From the NCBI RefSeq assembly GCF_000012345.1, contig NC_007205.1, forward strand, positions 900,001 to 932,000: a stretch of 32,000 bases of DNA. The letters run 5' to 3'. Shown here one piece after another: positions 15,001-18,435 of the stretch; position 1 is the stretch's first letter, and the number at the start of each line of letters is the position of its first letter. The position numbers were made by a program, and so were the translations under genes. This stretch comes from Candidatus Pelagibacter ubique HTCC1062. GTDB lineage: Bacteria; Pseudomonadota; Alphaproteobacteria; Pelagibacterales; Pelagibacteraceae. The notes below the pieces were generated by a model. It was not told the DNA's origin, did not search any database, and saw nothing but the letters and a program-made list of their open reading frames with translations.

Positions 15001-17707
15001 TCAAGTAATAACTGCAACCGATATCTCAAATAATTATTTAAGATTAAATCCTACTGAAAATGAAACAGGCTCACCCTATACAACAATTGGTTTTTCTGTA
15101 AATGATGGAGATGCGGACAGTTCATCTTCGTATACAATGACCGTTAATGTAATCAATACAAATGATGCTCCAGTAGCTGACAACGAAATTAATTCAGTGA
15201 ATGAAGATGCAACGGTCACAGTCACCGATGGAACTTCAGATGTTTTACATGGAGATACGGATGCTGATAGTGACACTTTAACAGTAACTCAAATTGCAGT
15301 AACAGGTGGATCCAATAGTTCAGTTGCTGGAAGTAGTACTTATAACAGCAATTTTACCTCAGTTACTGGAACTTATGGAACATTAAAAATAGGAGCTAAC
15401 GGAACATACACTTACGTTGCAGATCAATCAGCGTCAGACGATTTAGATGCCTCAGATACTGCAACAGATAGTTTCACTTACACAGTTTCAGATAGTAATG
15501 CGACAGACACTGCAACATTAATCTTTACAGTAACTGGTGTTAATGATGTGCCAACAGCATCAAACAATGCAGTTTCAACAGAAGAGGATACACCATATGT
15601 ATTTTCAACATCTGATTTTGGCTACACAGATGCAGATGATGACGATGCATTAGTAAGTGTAAAAATTACAACATTAGAAGACGCTGGTGCGTTGCAGTAT
15701 TACAATGGATCAAACTGGGTAGATGTAACCTTAAATCAAGTAATAACTGCAACAGATATCTCAAATAGTTATTTAAGATTAAATCCTACTGCAGATGAAA
15801 ATGGATCTCCTTATACAACAATTGGTTTCTCTGTAAATGATGGCGATGCAGATAGTGCTTCAAGTTACACTATGACAATTAACGTAACCGCTATAAATGA
15901 TAATCCAGTTGCTGATAATGAAACGAATACCGCAACAGAAGGCACTACTACAACAGTCACAGACGGGACTTCAGATATTCTCTATGGCGACACAGATACA
16001 GAGGGAGATACATTAGAAATATCAGGCATAAGAACAGGAACAGAGTCTGGCTCTGGAACATTTGGAGCAATAGCTACACCTTTAACTGGTACTTATGGAT
16101 CTTTAACAATTAATTCAGATGGAACATATAGTTATACGCCTAATGATGTTTTAGGTAGTGGAGAAACTGGAATAGATTATTTTACATATACAGTTTCAGA
16201 CGGTAATGGTGGAACAGATACAGGACAACTTACTATAACGGTTACAGGTGCTAATGATGCCCCAGTTGGTGTTAATGATAGTAATACAATTGATATAGCA
16301 GCAACTTCAACTTTAACAGTCACAAATGACTCTGAAAAAGATGTGTTAACTAACGATACTGATCCAGACTCAAATGATACATCAATAGTAACCGAGATAA
16401 GAACAGGATCAACTGAAGGCTCAGGTACTGCTGGAACATTAGGGGAGGCATTAATTGGAACTTATGGTTCTTTGATAATGAACTCAAATGGTAGTTACAC
16501 ATATATAGTTAATGAAGGTTTAAAAGATACATTGGATCCAGGTGAAATAGTTTATGAATATTTTAATTATACAGTTAGAGATGGTAGTGGTGTTACGGAT
16601 ACAAGTTCAATTGTATTAAAATTACAAAATGGTGGTGGTGTTGTTAAAGAAATTAGAGAAAAGAAAGCTGAAAGAATTATTATAAATCAAGCTAGAATGG
16701 AAGCAAGAGTTCAAGTTGAAAATACTTTCACAGAACTAAATCAATCAACAGAATTTGATTTAAATAATTTTGAATTTGAACAAACTGCAAGAAAAACAGA
16801 TTATTCCCAAGGTCTTAAATTAGTTGATTTAGTTGCCGAAACAGACTCTCTTCAAATTTCTGAAGGAGAACTTTCAAACCTTAAAGTTAAAGACAAACAA
16901 GAAGGTTTAAAATTGAAATTTGGTGTCATGAATGAAGCCGACAATGAGATTGTTAAATTTGATGGAAAAATGAGTGATGGTTCTGCATTACCTGAGTGGA
17001 TTAAAATTAATCCTAAAACAGGTCAAACAACCACAAATATTCCAGAAGGTGTAGATAAAGTTGAAATTATGATTATTGCAACGGATAAAAACAATGAAAC
17101 TCGAGAAATTGCAGTTGAGATTGATCCTGAAAAAATAAAACAAGATAGAAAAATTATCAAACAAGCAAAAAGAACAAATTCTTCAATTACTGTTAATGAA
17201 GATGGTACGGTTAATATTGTAAAACAAAATGAAGATGGATTAGTTGAAAGATCATTTAACAAAACATTAAATTTTAACAATCCAGCAGATATCAATGAAA
17301 TTATTGAAACGTTTAAACCAGAAACAATTTTTCAACTTAAACCTTTAAATATTGGAAATGATTTAATTATAGATTTACCCAATGAGCTAAAAGGTAATTT
17401 TAATAATACTAAACTTGTTCTTAAAGATGGAACCGAAGTACCTGACTGGCTTGAGTATGATCCTGTAACGGGTCAAATTATTGCAGAAAATCCACCTGAA
17501 GATGTTTCTCAATTAGAATTAAAACTTATTATTGAGCAAGATGGAAAAATTATTGTAAAAGATTTAGAAGTTGATTTACAAGAGCAAAATGTATCCCAAA
17601 ATTTTGATGGGGGTGAAAATAATAGATTTGTTACTTTAAGCGACCAATTAGATAAAGAATTTAATGATTGGGAAGATTATGGTAATGACCTTATTAATAG
17701 ACTATAA
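2..17707 (+). CDS. Giant acidic repeat protein, a candidate VCBS-type / bacterial cadherin-like surface adhesin. It is 5'-truncated by the window edge, with at least 5,901 codons in the window.
   Basis: The frame of the 452..17707 ORF stays open back to nt 2: nt 2-451 translate as ...TSFDFTVNDGDADSASANTITVNVTAVNDAPVADNETNSVNEDATLTVTDG..., the same repeat units seen downstream. The GTG at 452 is therefore internal. Stop is TAA at 17705-17707. The recurring unit ...VTGTYGTLxVGADGTYTYVADQSAADDLDASDTATDSFTYTVSDGTATDTATLIFTVTGINDAPVA matches the VCBS repeat consensus (TIGR01965 type) with cadherin-like DxNDxAP linkers. Differences between copies are mostly synonymous (GGT/GGA, AAT/AAC, ATC/ATT), which argues for a translated gene under purifying selection. 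Confidence 0.93.
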   Translation, partial: TSFDFTVNDGDADSASANTITVNVTAVNDAPVADNETNSVNEDATLTVTDGTSDVLHGDTDTENDALTVTQIAVTGASASSVAGSSTYNSNGTSKTGTYGTLVIGADGTYTYTADQSAADDLDAGDTATDSFTYTVSDGTATDTATITITVTGINDVPEAADKTVTTNEDTAYVFSASDFGYTDADDDDALVSVKITGLESAGALQYNNGSAWVDVTENQVITATDIGNNKLRFNPAANENGSSYTSFDFTVNDGDADSASANTITVNVTAVNDAPTARGDTGIVNEDVTLTVSNSSNATTSVTAASFVRSKSLGDAGYQSQETKFSPDGTKMFVLDTYQNTNEIHQYTLTTAFDISSASFDGADETFDLSNENSSSSNFTFNNDGTKFYSAYSGRLYEYDVSTAYDISTSSYNNNFFDLILEYPNTRNMGSGVNVAFNSDGTKLFALDAQQREVHEYSLSTAFDVTSASRTNNYVSVGTQEASPYGFAFSNDGKKMFISGLGKDVNEYTLSTGFDLSSTFEFVGSFDVSSKDWYPLGITFNNDGTKMFVTGSQQDKLFEYSLTTPFSLIDVSGEHSGDVINTSSTDNYDTDPEGDALTVTTYSHTSATDQDGGSISSTSSTGTAGTNNVTGYYGTLDLEGNGSYTYTADLTVTQALDSGDTVTDIFTYTVDDGNGGTDTVTITITVIGMNDAPVAQNDVGVIVEDGTLTVSNGANANVSGSYDATGEHSGDVIDTSSSSHTDSDADASASLTVSAIRTGSSEGSGTAGSIGSALTGTYGQLTIAADGSYSYVANQDAAVGDSVTESFNYTLSDGTATDIGVITITILGVNDAGFIKEGGTLTVANSAAANSGASTGNHTGDITDNGSNITSITATTAGGNAQTTFSSNSETVTGEYGTLTINSDGSYSYVANSNISGLDAGDANIKDVFTYIVSDGSTTSTATLTMNIIASQDLTARDDNGTVNEDATLEVDDGDNLTTVAPASYDDSDSFTIAGSDSNPVTTQSTFNDLLFNPDGTKMYTLGSASGLSGRSLFQYTLSIPFDVSTASVSSNDNADVGGSWTTDNEAMRFNNDGTKLFVLFDSPNQNTSSYMYQYTLSTPYDITSTVTAGNSLRLGNQYKNYRTFLFNDDGSEMFISEVSGIYKYTLSTSFDTSTASKTSSYLSASVTGMQYNNDGTKLFTVYQTTTIGSTAKISQWSLSTAYDLMTASSNSTYFDTGEATGSLGNGVPTQFITFNNDGSKFFSFNGSSDPAKIKEWNLASPFNVVNVSGEHSGDVINTSSTANYDTDPDSDTLTVTAIRTGSSEGSGTVGSVGSALTGTYGQLTIAANGSYTYVANQDAADALDPGDVVTDTFNYTVSDGQGETDIAVLTITVNGINDTPVADAETGSVDTTQTLTVTDGTSDLLHGDTDADASASLSVSSIVATTASGSATAVNPGTAYNSGYTSVTGSKGTLRVGADGTYQYIAGSSTGTDVFTYTLSDGTATHTATLTITVNSSNNAPSAVADTDSVNEDATVTQSSGSGLLNADDSDADGDSLTVTQIKKDGGSNSSVSGGSSYNSSGTSVTGTYGTLTVGADGTYTYVADQAAADALDASDTVTDVFTYTISDGNGGTDTANLTITVTGVNDAPSATNDTGSVNEDATLTVSTASSGVTQDNDTDADADDSASSLVITQIKKDGGSNSSVSGGTNHSNGTSVTGTYGTLVIGANGTYTYVADQDAADALDASDTVTDVFTYTVSDGNGGTDTANITITVTGVNDDPIGVNDTDSVNEDATITESSGSELLVADDTDADDSSSLTVTQIKVTGGSNSSVAGSSTYNSNFTTVTGTYGTLKVGADGSYTYVADQAAADALDVGDNVTDSFTYTVSDGTATSTATLIITVTGINDVPVAVNDTDAVNEDATITESSGSELLVADDTDADDSSSLTVTQIKVTGGSNSSVAGSSTYNSNFTTVTGTYGTLKVGADGSYTYVADQAAADALDASDTVTDSFTYTVSDNTWFDTATLIITVTGINDVPEAADKTVTTNEDTPYVFSANDFGYTDADDDDALVSVKITGLEDAGALQYNNGSAWVDVTENQVITATDIGNNKLRFNPAANENGSSYTSFDFTVNDGDADSASANTITVNVTAVNDAPVADDETGAVNEDATLTVTDGTSDVLHGDTDADSDTLTVTTYSHTSATNQSGGNASSANGNSGTAGTNAVVGYYGTLTLAADGTYTYAADQSAADDLDASDTATDVFTYTLSDGTATDTATITITVTGINDAPAAVNDTDAVNEDATVTRTSGDNLLMADDSDADDDDSFTVTQIAVTGGSNNAVTASSTYNSGSPETVTGTYGTLTVGANGTYTYVADQSASDDLDASDTATDSFTYTISDGTTTDTATLIFTVTGINDVPTAADKTVTTNEDTAYVFSASDFGYTDADDDDALVSVKITGLEDAGALQYNNGSAWVDVTENQVITATDIAANKLRFNPAANENGSSYTSFDFTVNDGDADSASANTITVNVTAVNDAPVADDETNSVNEDATLTVTDGSSDVLHGDTDVDSGDTLTVTTYSHTSATNQSGGNASSANGNSGTAGTNAVVGYYGTLTLAADGTYTYAADQSAADDLDASDTATDVFTYTLSDGTATDTATITITVTGINDAPVAVNDTDAVNEDATVTRTSGDNLLMADDSDADDDDSFTVTQIAVTGASNSSVASSSSYNSNFTSITGTYGTLKVGADGTYTYVADQSAADDLDLNDTATDSFTYTISDGDTTDTATLIFTVTGINDAPVAVDDTDAVNEDATVTRSSGSSLLMDDDSDADDDDAFTVTQIAVTGSSNNAVTASSTYNSGSPETVTGTYGTLTVGADGTYTYVADQNAADDLDASDTATDSFTYTISDGTATDTATLIFTVTGVNDVPEAADKTVTTNEDTAYVFSASDFGYTDADDDDVLVSVKITTLESAGALQYYNGSAWVDVTLNQVITATDIAANKLRLNPATNENGSPYTTFNFTVNDGDADSATPNTITVNVTNVNNAPVADNETNSVNEDATVTVTDGTSDVLHGDTDADSGDTLTVTQIAVTGGSNSSVAGSSAYNSNFTSVTGTYGTLKIGANGTYTYVADQSASDDLDASDTATDSFTYTVSDGTATDTATLIFTVTGINDAPVAVNDTDAVNEDATVTRTSGDNLLMADDSDADDDDSFTVTQIAVTGSSDNAVTANSTYNSGSPETVTGTYGTLTVGANGTYTYVADQNAADDLDLNDQVTDSFTYTISDGTATDTATLIFTVTGINDAPVAQNDVGVIVEDGTLTVSNGANANLSGSYDATGEHSGDIIDTSSSSHTDSDADDSASLTVTAIRVGSSEGSGTAGSIGSALTGTYGQLTIAADGSYSYVANQDEADALDAGDSVTDSFNYTLSDGTATDIGVITITILGANDAPVANNDTGSVNEDATLTVSSASSGVTQDNDTDVDGDDTVSSLTVTQIAVTGSSNSSVTSSTTYSNGTSVTGTYGTLVIGANGTYTYVADQSAADDLDLNDTATDSFTYTVSDGTTTDTATLIFTVTGINDAPVAVNDTDALNEDATVTRSSGDNLLMADDSDADDDDSFTVTQIAVTGGSNSSVNSSTTYSNGTSVTGTYGTLVVGADGSYTYEADQSAADDLDLNDQVTDSFTYTISDGTATDTATLIFTVTGINDAPVAVNDTDAVNEDATVTRSSGSSLLMADDSDADDDDAFTVTQIAVTGGSNSSVAGSSTYNNNFTSVTGTYGTLKVGADGTYTYVADQSAADDLDASDTATDSFTYTVSDGTATDTATLIFTVTGVNDVPTASDKTISTAEDTPYVFSTSDFGYTDADDDDALVSVKITTLEDAGALQYYNGSAWVDVTLNQVITATDIAANKLRLNPTADENGSPYTTIGFSVNDGDADSATPNTITVNVTAVNDAPVADNETNSVNEDATVTVTDGTSDVLHGDTDVDSGDTLTVTQIAVTGGSNSSVASSSSYNSNFTSITGTYGTLKVGADGTYTYVADQSAADDLDASDTATDSFTYTVSDGTATDTATLIFTVTGINDAPVAVNDSDVVNEDATVTQTSGSSLLMADDSDADDDDSFTVTQIALTGGSNSSVASSSSYNSNFTSITGTYGTLKVGADGTYTYVADQSAADDLDASDTATDSFTYTVSDGTATDTATLIFTVTGINDAPVAVNDTDALNEDATVTRSSGSSLLMADDSDADDDDAFTVTQIAVTGGSNSSVASSSSYNSSGTQVTGTYGTLTVGADGTYTYVADQSAADDLDASDSVTDSFTYTISDGDTTDTATLIFTVTGINDVPTASDNAVTTNEDTPYVFSASDFGYTDADDDDALVSVKITTLEDAGALQYYNGSAWVDVTLNQVITATDIAANKLRLNPTADENGSPYTTFNFTVNDGDASSSTPNTITVNVTAVNDTPTATDDTASVNEDATTTISSASSGVIDDNDTDPDSSDTLTLTNVAHTNGNTESVTSSTTYLNGQSITGTYGALTVGADGTYTYVADQSAADDLDASDTATDVFTYTLSDGTATDTATITITITGVNDAPVAVNDTDAVNEDATVTRTSGDNLLMADDSDADDDDSFTVTQIAVTGASNSSVASSSSYNSNFTSITGTYGTLKVGADGTYTYVADQSAADDLDASDTATDSFTYTVSDGTATDTATLIFTVTGINDAPVADNETNSVNEDATLTVTDGTSDVLHGDTDADDSASLTVSAIRTGAEGGSGTAGSIGSGLTGTYGTLTLASDGTYTYVADQSASDDLDASDTATDVFTYTVSDGTATDTATITITITGVNDAPVAVNDTDAVNEDATVTRSSGSSLLMDDDSDADDDDAFTVTQIAVTGSSNNAVTASSTYNSGSPETVTGTYGTLTVGADGTYTYVADQNAADDLDASDTATDSFTYTISDGTATDTATLIFTVTGVNDVPEAADKTVTTNEDTAYVFSASDFGYTDADDDDVLVSVKITTLESAGALQYYNGSAWVDVTLNQVITATDISNNYLRLNPTENETGSPYTTIGFSVNDGDADSSSSYTMTVNVINTNDAPVADNEINSVNEDATVTVTDGTSDVLHGDTDADSDTLTVTQIAVTGGSNSSVAGSSTYNSNFTSVTGTYGTLKIGANGTYTYVADQSASDDLDASDTATDSFTYTVSDSNATDTATLIFTVTGVNDVPTASNNAVSTEEDTPYVFSTSDFGYTDADDDDALVSVKITTLEDAGALQYYNGSNWVDVTLNQVITATDISNSYLRLNPTADENGSPYTTIGFSVNDGDADSASSYTMTINVTAINDNPVADNETNTATEGTTTTVTDGTSDILYGDTDTEGDTLEISGIRTGTESGSGTFGAIATPLTGTYGSLTINSDGTYSYTPNDVLGSGETGIDYFTYTVSDGNGGTDTGQLTITVTGANDAPVGVNDSNTIDIAATSTLTVTNDSEKDVLTNDTDPDSNDTSIVTEIRTGSTEGSGTAGTLGEALIGTYGSLIMNSNGSYTYIVNEGLKDTLDPGEIVYEYFNYTVRDGSGVTDTSSIVLKLQNGGGVVKEIREKKAERIIINQARMEARVQVENTFTELNQSTEFDLNNFEFEQTARKTDYSQGLKLVDLVAETDSLQISEGELSNLKVKDKQEGLKLKFGVMNEADNEIVKFDGKMSDGSALPEWIKINPKTGQTTTNIPEGVDKVEIMIIATDKNNETREIAVEIDPEKIKQDRKIIKQAKRTNSSITVNEDGTVNIVKQNEDGLVERSFNKTLNFNNPADINEIIETFKPETIFQLKPLNIGNDLIIDLPNELKGNFNNTKLVLKDGTEVPDWLEYDPVTGQIIAENPPEDVSQLELKLIIEQDGKIIVKDLEVDLQEQNVSQNFDGGENNRFVTLSDQLDKEFNDWEDYGNDLINRL
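920..1715 (+). other. Five-bladed beta-propeller-like module 1, nested inside a VCBS-like module of the giant protein
   Basis: Five ~50-aa repeats share the motif F(S/N)xDG(T/K)K(M/L)F...(H/Y/N/F)(Q/E)Y(T/S/D)L(S/T)T(A/G/P)FD(I/V/L)S(S/T). The cores are FSPDGTKMFVLD..IHQYTLTTAFDISSAS, FNNDGTKFYSAY..LYEYDVSTAYDISTSS, FNSDGTKLFALD..VHEYSLSTAFDVTSAS, FSNDGKKMFISG..VNEYTLSTGFDLSST and FNNDGTKMFVTG..LFEYSLTTPFSLIDVS. Boundaries are approximate. Confidence 0.6.
2990..3810 (+). other. Five-bladed beta-propeller-like module 2, nested inside a VCBS-like module of the giant protein
   Basis: A second set of five blades is present: FNPDGTKMYTLG..LFQYTLSIPFDVSTAS, FNNDGTKLFVLF..MYQYTLSTPYDITST, FNDDGSEMFISE..IYKYTLSTSFDTSTAS, YNNDGTKLFTVY..ISQWSLSTAYDLMTAS and FNNDGSKFFSFN..IKEWNLASPFNVVNVS. 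As in module 1, it is followed by SGEHSGDVINTSST.NYDTDP. Boundaries are approximate. Confidence 0.6.
5321..5898 (+). repeat. Adjacent tandem duplication with a 384-nt period
   Basis: 5321-5514 equals 5705-5898 (194 bp identical by eye). Both encode EDATITESSGSELLVADDTDADDSSSLTVTQIKVTGGSNSSVAGSSTYNSNFTTVTGTYGTLKVG. Confidence 0.85.
6512..6792 (+). repeat. 281-bp direct repeat, copy A (identical by eye to 7652..7932), part of a ~1.14-kb super-repeat
   Basis: Both copies encode ...DTLTVTTYSHTSATNQSGGNASSANGNSGTAGTNAVVGYYGTLTLAADGTYTYAADQSAADDLDASDTATDVFTYTLSDGTATDTATITITVTG. The offset is 1,140 nt. The flanking segments 6841-6914 and 7981-8054 are also identical. Confidence 0.85.
7652..7932 (+). 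repeat. 281-bp direct repeat, copy B (partner of 6512..6792)
   Basis: See copy A. Confidence 0.85.
7973..8169 (+). repeat. 197-bp dispersed intragenic repeat (partner 13703..13899, offset 5,730 nt)
   Basis: The stretch gttaacgaagatgcaacagttaccagaacttcaggtgataatttattaatggcagatgatagtgatgctgatgatgatgatagttttaccgtaactcaaattgcagtaacaggagcttctaattcttcagttgcaagc... is identical in both places by eye. Confidence 0.8.
8343..8913 (+). repeat. Long intragenic direct repeat, copy A (~571 bp, identical by eye to 14442..15012)
   Basis: I aligned 8343-8913 against 14442-15012 base by base and found no mismatch. The offset is 6,099 nt (2,033 codons, in frame). Identity breaks at 8914 (a) versus 15013 (t). 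Confidence 0.85.
11919..12507 (+). repeat. Adjacent tandem duplication with a 384-nt period
   Basis: 11919-12123 equals 12303-12507 (205 bp identical by eye). Both encode TGGSNSSVASSSSYNSNFTSITGTYGTLKVGADGTYTYVADQSAADDLDASDTATDSFTYTVSDGTAT. Confidence 0.85.
14442..15012 (+). repeat. Long intragenic direct repeat, copy B (partner of 8343..8913)
   Basis: Same comparison as for copy A. The repeat spans the end of one VCBS module, a whole VCBS module, and the first ~2/3 of a cadherin-like module. Confidence 0.85.
16630..17707 (+). other. Non-repetitive C-terminal region of the giant protein (~359 aa): a charged helical segment plus two dystroglycan-type cadherin-like / He_PIG-like motifs
   Basis: The repeat array ends at ...VLKLQNGGGVVKEIREKKAERIIINQARMEARVQ. 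Two related segments follow: DGSALPEWIKINPKTGQTTTNIPEGVDKVEIMIIATD (about nt 16975-17090) and DGTEVPDWLEYDPVTGQIIAENPPEDVSQLELKLIIEQD (about nt 17425-17545). Both resemble the LP.WL.(F/I).P.TG.(L/I).G.P signature of CADG/He_PIG Ig-like domains. I saw no GGxGxDxUx RTX nonapeptides. Confidence 0.55.
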
Positions 17708-17721
17708 AATAACTTAGCCTC

Positions 17722-18435
17722 ATGAAACAATTACTATTTATATTATTTATTTATTTATCATTTTTAAACCCTGTTCATTCTGAAGAAAGGGAAGCTCGAG
17801 GTTTAGTGAGCGCAACGGAGAAAGTTTCCATTTCCAGTGAAATTGCTGCAAGAGTTCAAAGTATTAATTTTTTATTAGGAGATGCTTTTAAAGAAGGGGA
17901 TGTGCTGATTAGTTTTGATTGTGAAATTTATAAAGCACAAAAAGATGTAATTAAAGCCGAACATGAGAGTGCAAGAATACAATTAGAAAATGATAAAGAG
18001 TTATTAGAACTAAGATCAATTGGTAAACTCCAATACCAATTAACAGTTTCAAATTATGAAAAGGCTAAAGCAGAATTGAGTATTGCAACTTTAAATGTGG
18101 ATCGATGTGAAATCATTGCTCCTTATGATGGAAAAGTGATGGATGTTTATACAACTATTTTTACCAGTATAGAACAAAGACAACCCTTAATGGACATTGT
18201 TGGGGATGGATTATTAGAAGCTGAAATTGTTGCTCCAAGTAATTGGCTTAAATGGTTAAAAAAAGGACATAACGTAAAAATCATTATTGATGAAACTGGA
18301 GAAACGTTAGATGCAACCGTTATTAGTTTAGGAGCTACAGTGGATGCAATTAGTCAAACAATAGAATTAAAAGCACAGTTTAATGAAAAATACGATTCAT
18401 TAATACCTGGAATGAGTGGGATCGTTAAATTTTGA
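17722..18435 (+). CDS. Secreted membrane-fusion (periplasmic adaptor) protein of the HlyD / RND-MFP family, 237 aa
   Basis: ATG lies 14 nt after the giant-gene stop. There is a Sec-type signal peptide, MKQLLFILFIYLSFLNPVHS|EE, with no lipobox Cys. The protein has split lipoyl-like halves typical of MFPs (ISSEIAARVQSINFLLGDAFKEGDVLISFD ... CEIIAPYDGKVMDVY) flanking a short coiled-coil hairpin (YKAQKDVIKAEHESARIQLENDKELLE...YEKAKAELSIATLNV), followed by a beta-barrel-like tail. Confidence 0.8.
   Translation: MKQLLFILFIYLSFLNPVHSEEREARGLVSATEKVSISSEIAARVQSINFLLGDAFKEGDVLISFDCEIYKAQKDVIKAEHESARIQLENDKELLELRSIGKLQYQLTVSNYEKAKAELSIATLNVDRCEIIAPYDGKVMDVYTTIFTSIEQRQPLMDIVGDGLLEAEIVAPSNWLKWLKKGHNVKIIIDETGETLDATVISLGATVDAISQTIELKAQFNEKYDSLIPGMSGIVKF

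Larger units (their letters stand above)
3811..16620 (+). repeat. In-frame tandem array of ~381-384 nt (127-128 aa) VCBS-like modules, interspersed with ~370-nt cadherin-like 'DVP' modules
   Basis: I counted about 31 YG(T/Q/S)L..(A/G/S)(D/N)G(T/S)Y.Y cores across the whole window. Cadherin-like modules (NDVP(E/T)A(A/S)DKTVTTNEDT.YVFSASDFGYTDADDDD.LVSVKIT.LE.AGALQY.NGSAWVDVT.NQVITATDI...) start at nt 467, 6050, 7187, 8711, 11426, 12932, 14810 and 15545, all in frame. From 6050 onward the pattern is C-V(n) with n = 2, 3, 6, 3, 4, 1, 2. Confidence 0.9.

Noticed and set aside
3811-16620. The regular ~380-nt periodicity could suggest a CRISPR array or satellite DNA.
   Set aside because: The period is 381-384 nt, far longer than CRISPR repeat-spacer units. 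There is no short conserved repeat alternating with unique spacers. The periodicity is in frame within one uninterrupted ORF, and the variation is mostly synonymous.
1441-17295. Ten antisense ORFs of 62-102 aa lie inside the giant gene (1441-1749, 5212-5424, 5599-5808, 8257-8478, 9382-9570, 9715-9915, 10594-10836, 14356-14577, 15076-15276, 17023-17295). The plus-strand ORF 1062-1262 in another frame is similar.
   Set aside because: They recur at equivalent positions in the repeats and translate to low-complexity S/V/T/A strings (...SASLSSAINKLSPE..VTVASSLTASVS...). They are explained by the reverse complement of GAT/ACA/GCA/GTT-rich codons having few stops. They have no independent start context, and the sense frame is clearly the one under selection.
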